Positions 52,146 to 62,342 of a stretch of DNA of 64,000 nt are shown here, piece by piece. The stretch spans positions 103,168,001 to 103,232,000 of the forward strand of contig OZ024744.1 in NCBI GenBank assembly GCA_964016885.1. Direction: 5' to 3'. Under the pieces are notes generated by a model that was not told the origin of the DNA, searched no databases, and saw only the letters and a list, made by a program, of their open reading frames with translations. This stretch comes from Eledone cirrhosa. Lineage: Eukaryota. The first letter of the stretch is position 1. Each line of letters starts with the position of its first letter. Made by a program: the position numbers and the translations under genes.

Positions 52146-52768
52146 TGTGTATTTTTGTTAGAGGTGCCTACTGACTGTAGTAGGTTTCACTTTGTACTTA
52201 GGTAAGGTGGGTCTTCTGTATTACTGTGTAGCGCCAAAGATCTCGGTCCAGTGACATTGTCTTGGAGAGGTGTAAGTGTGTGAGGTTGGAATTTATCAAG
52301 TTGACCCAGGTTTTTCTGGGTCTGCCTACTCCGTGGCTACCATCTATTTTTATCGCCCTGCACTTTTTTATACAGCTGTCGTCTTTCATGCGCATCATGT
52401 GACCATACCAACGTAGCCTTCTCTCGAGTAAACAACATCTGATCCCTCTTATTTCTAATTTTTTCCTTAGTTCGTTTATGCTTTGCCGTTCACGTATATT
52501 ACTATTACACATCCAGTGGAGCATGCAAGCTTCGTTCCTCTCCAGTCTGCGTATATCCTCTGCACACAATGCCCAGGTCTCACTGCCATGCAGCATTGCT
52601 GTTCGTATGCAGGCATCGTATAACCTGCCTTTCATTTTTAGGGAGAACCCTTTAGCGGCTAATAGTGGTATAAGCTCTCTGAACTTTTTCCATCCAGTTC
52701 TGACTCTAGCTACTGTACTTTCAGAGCACCCTCCACCACTGCTGATTTTGTCACCCAGGTAACGGAAC
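52146..52768 (-). mobile_element. Young RTE 3' fragment, same family as 31528-34560
   Basis: FRYLGDKISSGGGCSES...DRDLWRY, nearly identical to 33620-34160. Confidence 0.92.
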
Positions 52769-52826
52769 AATACAATATGTTAAACATGACATAAAAATTA
52801 CAAAGTCTGCATAAATTATAACTTAC

Positions 52827-52880
52827 ATTTTTCGCTTATTGGTGGAAGTAACACATAAGATGATAGTTTAAGAGGTACAT
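52827..52880 (-). CDS. 54-nt phase-1 symmetric micro-exon: (D)VPLKLSSYVLLPPISEK
   Basis: TTATTTTATTTGATATTTACTTTCAG|ATGTACC...GAAAAAT|GTAAGT. The other two frames contain TAA. Confidence 0.72.
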
Positions 52881-53129
52881 CTGAAAGTAAATATCAAATA
52901 AAATAAGAGCAATTCAACATTGATATGTTTGTTTGTGTGTGTGAATGTATGTATGTACTCTATGACCAGATACCCTTCCTATCATCTACCACTTTACAGA
53001 AGAATGTAGTAGGTGTGTAAATCACCAAAACTAGGTGGGTTATCATGTTTATGACACAGGAGTAGTGACAATAGTTTATTTGGTAAGTTTTCTATGTCTA
53101 CATGTAATTACTATCATCAACCACATTAC

Positions 53130-53445
53130 AGGGTCATCATTGCCAGGGACAGCAGCTCATTCAGACACTTGCAGAAGTGCATGTGATGGAACCACTCTCT
53201 AAACTCCACCATAAAGATCAGAGTCTACAAAGCTGTTGTAATCACTACCCTCCTCAATAGAGCAGAAAGATAGGTCCTCTACCAGAAACAGATCAACGAC
53301 AAACTGACAAAGTATACATTTGCCTCATCTGTAGTAGATTTGTAAGTCCAGGTTTGGTCACTACCGCCACCTCAGGGTGTGACACCACACAAAATAGGAC
53401 AACAACTCTTCCCACTGATCTTCACAAGTGAAGAATTCTCCATTC
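53130..53445 (+). mobile_element. Degenerate RTE/BovB-type fragment
   Basis: NHSLNSTIKIRVYKAVVITTLL-like translation, a terminal Cys finger remnant and a TGATCTTC..GAAGAA 3' motif. Confidence 0.6.
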
Positions 53446-53846
53446 TACTCTGGTATGTCCCTTTCTATAGCAAACCACCTTTCAGGATGTACTTGTTGCA
53501 TTTATTGTTGCAGTACCACTAAAGTGACAGTCAGATATTGACTCAACTAAAGGATCCTCTCAAGTTAATGAGATGTGTTAGTGTGGTTGTGATGGTGGAG
53601 AGGTAAAGAGGATGATAAGTTTGATGTCATGGGAGTAGTGTGATTTGATAGGAAGGAGAAGATGTGACCTCCATTACTACGGGGAGATTTACTGCAATGA
53701 TAGCAACTATTACGATGTGATTGTGGAGGGGGTCATAAAGAAGTTTGAGGTTTTACCACTAAGGTAAGGATATCTATGAAAGATCTACAGAGGATGGAAG
53801 CATATATGTATATATCTACATACATATATATATATCAACATATATA

Positions 53847-55451
53847 CAGTGCCCCGCAAAAGTTTACAACACATTAGGAAAAGTGTGGGTTTAGGTATTT
53901 TTAATAAAGTTAGAGTAATGAAAATTTAACTACTGATAGAACATATAATGAGGCCTTTAATGATACAATCATATTTTTAAAAAAATAACAAGGAAATAAC
54001 TCATTAAGAAAAATCAATATTTTTATAACCCAAAAGTTTACAACACATTTATTAAATCATCTCTTAATATTTCGTAGCGTAACCTTTGTTGCTAATTATA
54101 GCCTGTAGGCGTTTGGAGTAGCCTCTTGCATGTTTCTTGGCTAATATTTTTCCATTCTTCACAACAAATTTTCTTTAGTTCAGGGATATTTGGGGGTTTC
54201 CTTTTTTGAATTCTGAGTTTCAGTTCTCTCCACAAATTTTCGATTGGGTTAAGATCTGGAGACTGACTTGGCCATTTTAGAACATTTATTCCATTCGTAC
54301 TTAACCAAGATTGTGTTAGCTTTGCAGTATGCTTTGGATCGTTATCTTGTTGAAAAAACCAACCTGGCTTTAAGCTGAGAGAATGTGCACTTTGATGTAA
54401 ATTCCTTTGCAAAATACCTCTATAATAAGCGCCACCCATTCTTCCTTCTATTATTTCAATATTTCCTACACCTGTAGCACTATAGCAACCCCAGACCATG
54501 ATTGATCAACCTCCAAATTTTACAGTTGGAATAGTATTCTTCAGCGAATATTCAGTACCTTTCTTTCTCCAGACTTTTGCCACAGCATTTCGACCAAAAT
54601 GTTCAATTTTTGTTTCGTCCGACTAAAGTACATCTTCCCAAAATCACGCAGATTTGATGAGATGCTCATTTGCAAAGTTTAATCGACGAAGAACGTGTTT
54701 CCTCGTAAGAAGTGGTGTTTTCCTTGGAGACCTCGAGAAGATATTATATCGACGAAGTGAACGACTAATTGTATCTGTGCTCACTTTTACTCCACTTTCT
54801 TCTAGGTCATCCTGAAGATTTTAAAGAGTACACCGGGGTTCGTTGCCAACCTTTCTCGTCAATAACCGAGCTGCACGTTCCGTTATCTTTCTAACACAAC
54901 CAGAACTAATGAGAGGACAGATGGAATGATGAGATTTCCAGTGACGAATTATAGTACCAACTGAACTCAATGGCACATTTAACTGACAAGATATCTTTCT
55001 ATAACCAACACCATTTGTATGAAGGTCTACAATGCGTTTACGGTGGTCTTGATCAATCAGTTTATTTTTCCCCATATTGTCCATGTTTACAGGACGGTTG
55101 TCAATGTTTACAGGATGGTTGTCAGACAAATAATGACGTAATGTTTTTAATAGTCCTTAGAAGTTACCTTAAACCTAATCTAGAACATTCTACTGAATTT
55201 TAAATCTGAAAATTTAAGAATTTTCTTGAAAAAAAGCGATAAATATAAAATGTGTTGTAAACTTTTGCGTTATAAAAATATTGATTTTTCTTCATGAGTT
55301 ATTTCCTTGTTATTTTTAAAAAAATATGATTGTATCATTAAATGCCTCATTATATGTTCTATCAGTAGTTAAATTTTCATTACTCTAACTTTATTAAAAA
55401 TACCTAAAACCGCATTTTTCCTAATGTGTTGTAAACTTTTGCGGGGCACTG
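53847..55451 (-). mobile_element. Tc1-family (DD34E) transposon with long IR/DR-type TIRs, inactivated transposase
   Basis: TA|CAGTGCCCCGCAAAAGTTTACAACACA ... TGTGTTGTAAACTTTTGCGGGGCACTG|TA. ~200-bp TIRs, each with AAAAGTTTACAACACA twice. MVWGC, FQQDNDPKH, WPSQSPDLNPIENLW. Confidence 0.95.
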
Positions 55452-55461
55452 TATATGTATA

Positions 55462-55900
55462 TATTATAAATGTAAGTTATCGCCGTATTTTGACTAAAGA
55501 AGTTAAAGAAATTATTTAGCCTGATAGTGGGGTTAAGAACCCTCAAAGAAATGGAAAAAGATGAGTATTGACGTACATGGGAGTCGAACCCACATCTTTG
55601 GTTATCTGGACCACTGTGCTACCATTTACACCAACATATCATGTGATGTGTTGGTGAAAATGGTAGTACAGTGGTCCGGATAACCAATTGGTGTAAATGG
55701 TAGCACAGTGGTCTGGATAACCAAAGATGTGGGTTCGACTCCTATGTACGTCAATACTCATCTTTTTCCATTTCTCCGAGGGTTCTTAACCCCACTATCA
55801 GGCTAAATAATTTCTTTAATTTCTTTAGTCAAAATACGGCGATAGCTTACATTTATAATAATTTCCAACCCGCCCGCTGTTTCGAAAATATTCTTACATA
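55462..55900. mobile_element. Fold-back element with 173-bp arms, each containing a tRNA-like (Pol III A/B box) head, arranged head-to-head
   Basis: 55462-55634 is the near-perfect reverse complement of 55688-55860. TGGTGTAAATGG and GGTTCGACTCC present. Flanked by TA runs. Confidence 0.75.
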
Positions 55901-56076
55901 TATATATATATATTAATTCTGAATGAGCAAGACATATTCATCTGTCTCACAACAGGAAAACTTGTCTAACCCATGCTAGCATGGAAATGTTGACTTAACT
56001 GTGATGATGATGATAATGATATATTAGTAAAGTGTGTTGGTGTGTTATATTAGAAAAGTTCTTTAATACAACTTAC

Positions 56077-56118
56077 CCCATAATGTTACTGGTCTATCAG
56101 AGACATATTTAGTCCCAC
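56077..56118 (-). CDS. 42-nt phase-1 symmetric micro-exon: (G)GTKYVSDRPVTLW
   Basis: CCTTTTTATTCCAG|GTGGGACT...TTATGGG|GTAAGT. The other two frames contain TAA. Intron flanks resemble those of the 57-nt exon. Confidence 0.72.
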
Positions 56119-56505
56119 CTGGAATAAAAAGGACCCAAAGAAAATAATATCAGATCTACATGTATTTATATATTATGTTAGCAGGCATATATGGTGGTTT
56201 CTGGGTATTGTAATCAAGTATCTTAAGTAAATATGGTGTGACGTTATAGAGAATTGGCTGCTATTTCTAGCATATATACTTTCCAGGTATGTCTACCATT
56301 GACATCATATAGATGTATGGTCCTTAAAAGGGAGATTTTGTGTTTGTAAATCACCAAGAGAGAAATAGTAATCAACATCCCTTCAAAACCGACACCACTC
56401 TCCGGTATAGATGTGTATGTATGCATGTATATTATGTATATTACAATACCCAGAAACCACCATATATGCCTGCTAACATAATTTTTTTTTTTTTGTTTTG
56501 TTTTT

Positions 56506-59500
56506 GCGCGCGGGGACATAGAAATAATCGGGCTGGATGCCCGATCGCGCAGTGAAGAACCCCTGGGAGTGAAGAACCCCTAGCCCTTGTCAGGGCATTC
56601 TTCTAGGAGAAGGCATCTCAGGAAACTGGGTTAACTCCGACATAAAACCTGCGGCTCGGTAGTTACCGATGATGTTGATCTTTTCTTCTTTTCGGGTTAT
56701 AGCTACTGTCGCTCAGAGAGTGGGATTGGCTCAGTGCACAGTCTTTCCTCACTTTAAAAATATTCGTCACGCACAGGCATTGCACGAGTGCATTAATAAT
56801 TATTAATAGTGTACTATTATTATTATTATTATTATTGTTACTATTATTATAACTTTTTTTTTTTTCCCAATTCAATGATGTTCCAGAACAATATAAAAGA
56901 GATAATTGGCAATTTAGGTTCTGGAACAAAAAAGATAATTGGCAATAAGGGCAGGGGCCCCAGGTTATCACAGCCTGGGCCCGCTCGTCATCGTGCCATT
57001 GTAATAGAGCCAAACAAGGCATTTAGTCTTGGCTGCTGGAACGTACGGACGCTGCTTGACAGGGATTCCTTGGAGCGTCCTGAACGAAGGACCGCTCTTG
57101 TTGCAAAGGAGCTTCGACGTTACGATCTTGACATCGTGGCTTTATCTGAGACGAGGTTAGCTGGAGATGGTCATCTTACAGAATTTTGTGGAGAATATAC
57201 ATTCTTCTGGAAAGGAAGAGATGAAGGAACCAGAAGAGAGTCTGGGGTAGGTTTTGCTGTTAAGACTGTACTTGTGAATAAATTAGAAGAATTCCCAGTA
57301 GGGATTAGTGAGCGTCTTATGTCCATGAGAATTCCACTGGACAAAGGAAGATATGCGACCCTGGTGAGTGTGTATGCTCCAACTATGAATTCTGTCGATG
57401 AAGAAAAAGTGTCCTTTTACCATGCCTTGAAAGGTGTTTTAAGAAATATCCCTCAGGCAGACAAAGTCATCGTGCTTGGTGACTTTAATGCTAGAGTGGG
57501 TAGAGATTTTAACATATGGAATGTAATCGGAAGGCATGGGGTGGAAAAGTGTAACAACAATGGTATGCTCCTGCTGCAGATGTGTGAGGAGCTGGATCTG
57601 TGTGTTACCAACACCATGTTCCAACAAAAGAACAAATTCAAGACCACATGGATGCATCCTGCATCTAAGGAATGGCATCTTTTGGACTACGTCTTAGTCA
57701 GGATGCGTGACAGACAGGATGTGCAGTGTGTTCGTGCTCTTCGTGGAGCTGAGTGCTGGACGGACCACCTCCTGGTACGCGCAAAAGTGAAACTAATAAC
57801 TAAACGTAAAATCCGGGCTCCTGGTGTTGCCCTGCCCAAAAGATTGAATGCTGCTCGTCTTAAGGATAAAAATGTGAAGAGGACATTGCTTTCTGTTGTA
57901 GGGAAAGTTTTATGTAGGGTGTTTCTGGACCGTCTGCTGACACACATTGCAGATTGTGTTCTTCCTGAAAGTCAATCTGGTTTTCGTGCTGGACGGGGCA
58001 CTACTGATATGATCTTCTCAGCTAGACAGCTCCAGAAGAAGTGCATGGAACAAGGCTTGGATCTGTATCAGGTTTTTGTCGATCTGACAAAAGCTTTCAA
58101 TACTGTAAACAGAGATGCATTATGGAAGATTCTCCAGAAACTTGGTTGCCCTGATAAGTTCCTTGCTTTAGTTAGGTCTTTCCATGACGACATGAAGGCT
58201 TGGGTTATTGTCGGAGCCTATCTCAGTAAAAAATGGAGTGAAACAGGGGGATATTCCAGCACCGACCCTGTTTGCCATATACTTTGCAATGGTTTTCTGT
58301 ATTGCATTCAGGAATTGCGAGCATGGTGTTTCCATCCGATATCGAACCTCAGACAGCATATTTAACATCAGGCGCTTTGCTGCAAAGGCAAAAGTATTTA
58401 CATCAATCATAAGAGACCTCTTGTATGCAGATGATTGCGATCTTGTAGCGCACACAGAGAGTGATATGCAGCACATTTTGAATGCATTTTCTGACGCTTG
58501 CACTGCCCTAGGATTGACTGTCAGTCTCAAGAAAACCGTCGTCATGTACCAACCTGCCCCTGGTAAGCAGTACACTGAACCAAACATCTATGTGTATGGC
58601 AAACGACTTGGAGTGGTTGATCAGTTTGTCTACCTGGGAAGCACTGTCAATTGATCCAGCAACCTTGACAGTGAAATCTCACTTAGGATTACGAAAACAA
58701 GTGATGCTTTCGAAAAGCTAGAAAGGCGACTCTGGAGTCGGCGAGACATATGCAAGAAGACAAAGGTAAAGGTGTACAGGGCATGTGTGCTCTCTTCTCT
58801 TCTTTATGCCTGCGAGACCTGGGTTACATATCGACACCACCTTAAGCAATTGGAGTGTTTCCATCAGATGTGTCTCAGACGGATCCATGGCGTTCACTGG
58901 AGGGACCACATAAGTGATGTCGAGATTTTGGAAAGCTCTATGTGTGACAGTATAGAAGCTCTTGTGCTTAAGCAACAACTCCGTTGGAGTGGTCACCTTG
59001 CCAGGATGAAGGATTCTAGAATACCAAAACAACTCTTTTATGGAGAGTTAGTTAAAGGAAAACGACCGCCACATAAACTAAAAAAGAGGTATAAGGATTC
59101 CTTGAAAGCCTCTTTGAAAGACGCTAACATCTCTGCTGATACATGGGAAAATGTTGCTGCTGATCGTAATAAATGGAGAAAGACTGTATATGAGGGAAAA
59201 GTTGCTTTGAGGCATCTCGAATCTCATACGAGAAAGTAAAGCTGGATGTGAGGAAGGGTATTGCTGTTGCACTTCCAGACGGCGAGGGTCCTCCTATGGT
59301 GCTGACATGCAGCATCTGTGAGAGACTCTGCCTAAGCAAAGCTGGACTCGAAAGTCATCTTCGCAGTTGTAAAGTAAACCAGTGGTTAACTACCAGGCTG
59401 CTGTTGGAGATGCTACTCATCATGCTTGCCAAACATGTGGTAGAGAATGTAAATCAGCAGGAGGGCTCAAACGACATGCAAAAGTACATGAACTCCAAGC

Positions 59501-59815
59501 ACAGCCGGCTATTCCCAGTGAATGTTTTGGTTGCCGACTCTGTGCAAGACATTTTAGATCATTGGCTGGGCTAAAAAGCCACATTCGATCGCAGCGCTGT
59601 TAATTGCTATTGTGTGTGCATGTGTGTGAATAGATATGTTTGTGTGCGTGTGTGTATATATATATATATGTATATTATTATTGTTGTTGTTGTCGTTATT
59701 ATTATTGTTGTTATTATTATTATTATTGTTATTATTATGGGTTTTTTTCTTGTGCAATTGCCATACTCGATAACGAGGGGACAGCCATCATCATGTATGT
59801 ATGTATGTATGTATG
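56506..59815 (+). mobile_element. Near full-length RTE/BovB-type LINE, inactivated (internal deletion ~57880, frameshifts, stops), three C-terminal C2H2 fingers, (TATG)n tail
   Basis: CWNVRTL, ALSETR, GVGFA, LGDFNARVG, WTDHLL (APE); FVDLTKAF, GVKQG, LLYADD, FVYLGS (RT); CSIC..H, CQTC..HAKVH, CRLC..H. Confidence 0.95.
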
Positions 59816-60160
59816 TACACCCAATTGCGCGGTTAAACCACTGGGAGTGAAGGACCCCTAGCCTTTCTCAGGGCATTCTTCTAGGAGAAAGCAACTCAGG
59901 AAACTGGGATAACTCCGATATGAAACCTGCGGCTCAGTAGTTACCGATGATGTTGATCTTTTCTTTTTTTCGGGTTATAGCTACTGTCGCTCAGAGAGTG
60001 GGATTGGCTCAGTGCACAGTGTTTCCTCACTTTAAAAAATATCTTCACGCACAGGCATTGCACGATAGAATTAATTAATTATTATTAATAATGGTATATC
60101 GTGCAATGGCCATACTCGATAACGAGGGGGCAGCCATAATCATGTATGTATGTATGTATG
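59816..60160 (+). mobile_element. Bipartite non-autonomous RTE derivative sitting in the tail of the full-length RTE
   Basis: Same 5'UTR/3'-end fusion as 34576-34927, slightly 5'-truncated. Confidence 0.85.
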
Positions 60161-60950
60161 TTATCTCTTTCTCTTAATTCTGAGTACATTTTTTACTGGC
60201 CACCTTCCTGGTGGCAAGGTTGTAAAAGAAAAAAAATTGGCATCCCTTGAATTGCAAGAATATTTTCAAATTTTGAAGGTCCCAGCTATTGCAGCCATTT
60301 GTAGTCTATGAATTAGGGAGCTGCACTCTTTGTCCACAAATCCAAGTTCAGTTATACATTGGTCCTGAGCTGGTATATAACCTTTAGCTCCAATAATGAT
60401 GGGTATGAAGCTGAAGTTGTATCTTGGATCCTGGATCTGCAAACTCCTCATCAATGGTCCGTAGATGTCCTCCTTCTCTTGTATTTTTCTTACAACGTTG
60501 ACATCAAGTGGGCAGCTGATCTCTACAACAGAGCACATCTTCAATATGTGGTCCCAAACAACAAAATCAGGCCAGTTGTGCTTTAATTTGGTGGCAGTTC
60601 TTATTTTCAGGTTACACTAGTATTCCATAGTGCCATCTATCTCAACATATTCCTCCTCATTTGTTTTAAATTTTGGTTTCCTAAGTGCATTCCAGATGGT
60701 TCTAGCTATGACATTGTGTCTTATAGGGAGGTAGTAACGAGATGACATTCTTTCACAGTCGGCAATAATGAGGCTAACATCTTCATTCTTTGTTTTACAT
60801 AGCCTACATTTATTGTTGACTGATGGCCCTCCTCTTTTGTGTAGCAGATATTTGATAGGGATTTCTTGTTCCTGTATTGCATAGAGATATCCTTCAAGGT
60901 GGGATGTCATAAACTTGTCGGGACTCCAAGCCAGGCTTTTTGAATGATCT
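60161..60950 (-). mobile_element. 5'-truncated R4/Dong family-A copy, flanked by (TATG)n
   Basis: DKFMTSHLEGYLYAIQEQE..CRLC..RHNVIA..VEISCPLD, with stops. Confidence 0.9.
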
Positions 60951-61029
60951 ATGTATGTATGTGAGTATGTATATATGTATGTGTCTCCATTGAATGCATG
61001 TTTGTATGTATGTATATATGTAGTATGTA

Positions 61030-61352
61030 TGAATGTCTCCATTGGTGTCTCCATTGAATTGGTGTGTCTTGGGGTGTGGAAAGATTTGCTTGAGCGGGTC
61101 TGGTCTTGGGGGCCACAGTCGCAGCTATGTTCGTAGAGCACCAGTGAACTATGATCTCCTTGGTAGTGAGAAGTTTCACAGACAACCTGATGCAAGACCT
61201 GAGTCCAGGGAGATCCATAGTTGTTGTCAATGTGTGAAGGAGTGCAAGTGTCTAGCAGGCTTGAAAAGCCATTACCAAGTGTCAAACATCGGAATCTGAC
61301 AAGTGATTGCAATACTCTTGGCAGAGTTTGCAGCCATCATGTATGTATGTAT
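61030..61352 (+). mobile_element. RTE 3' fragment with terminal zinc finger and (TATG)n tail
   Basis: CCQCVKECKCLAGLKSH followed by GCAATACTC..GAGTTTGCAGCCATCATGTATG. Confidence 0.65.
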
Positions 61353-61556
61353 GTGCCTGGGTGTGTATGTATGTATATGTGTGTGTGCGAGTGTGTGTGT
61401 GTATGTATGTATGTAATATAATGTATGTACGTATATATGTAATATAATGTTTGTATCTAGACATGTATATATGTATGTATGTACATGTAAAATAATATAT
61501 ATATATATATAACTGTATTAATAATATATACACATCATGTTTAAACTATAACTGAC

Positions 61557-61616
61557 CTTCATGTAGGGTAATACAATCACATATAGTGCACTCGCGATAA
61601 TCTATGATGCAGAAGT
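61557..61616 (-). CDS. 60-nt phase-1 symmetric Cys-rich micro-exon: xFCIIDYRECTICDCITLHE
   Basis: TATTTCAG|ACTTCTGC...CATGAAG|GTCAGT. The other two frames are stopped (TAG, TGA). The donor flank resembles that of the 52827 exon. The pyrimidine tract is weak. Confidence 0.6.
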
Positions 61617-61654
61617 CTGAAATATATATATATATGTGTTTATATGTGTATATG

Positions 61655-62080
61655 AACATCATCATCATCACCATCGTTATGGTGATCAAATTCATTAAAG
61701 TCACCACCATTTTTGTCAACCTCATCATCATCATCACCATCATCATTATCCTCCAGTGTCATCCTCATAAACATTATCGTAATCATCACTATCAACGTCA
61801 CTATCATCATCGACAACACCATCCTCCTCGTTATCACCACTAACATCATCATCATCATCATCATTAACACTATAATCATCACGATCATTCACATCATCAT
61901 CATTACTATTATCTTCATCATTATGGTCATCACTTTTACCACCATCATCATCATCACCATCATCATCATCATTACAATCATCCTCGTCATTATTGTTATC
62001 ACTATTATCATCATCATCATCACCATCATCACCATCATCATCACCATCATCACTCATTATCAACATCATCACCACCATTC
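61655..62080. repeat. Degenerate (CAT)n microsatellite
   Basis: CAT/CAC/TAT triplet run. It produces the spurious poly-D, poly-I, poly-H and poly-M ORFs. Confidence 0.92.
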
Positions 62081-62342
62081 AACTTCTCTTTTACCTGCCA
62101 ACAAGGTTTGGACTGGTTATTAAAAACCAAGTCCATACTGAAGTGGTGTTTATGATATCTCAGTTGGCTGGGTGACAACATCTCACATACAAACATATGT
62201 TTCTGCCCTTTATCAAGTACCTGATATGTTGGGACCAACTCTAGGTAGATTGTCATGTTTATGACATAGCTGAAGAAACCTACCAACCCTTTCCTTGGTA
62301 TGTTCTCTATGACCAGATACTCTTCCTATCACCTACCACTTT

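Noticed and set aside
55688-55755. Functional tRNA gene
   Set aside because: A and B boxes are present but I see no convincing acceptor stem. It is embedded in a fold-back repeat, so it is treated as tRNA-derived.
61640-62175. Poly-Asp, poly-Ile and poly-His ORFs
   Set aside because: Translations of a degenerate (CAT)n microsatellite.
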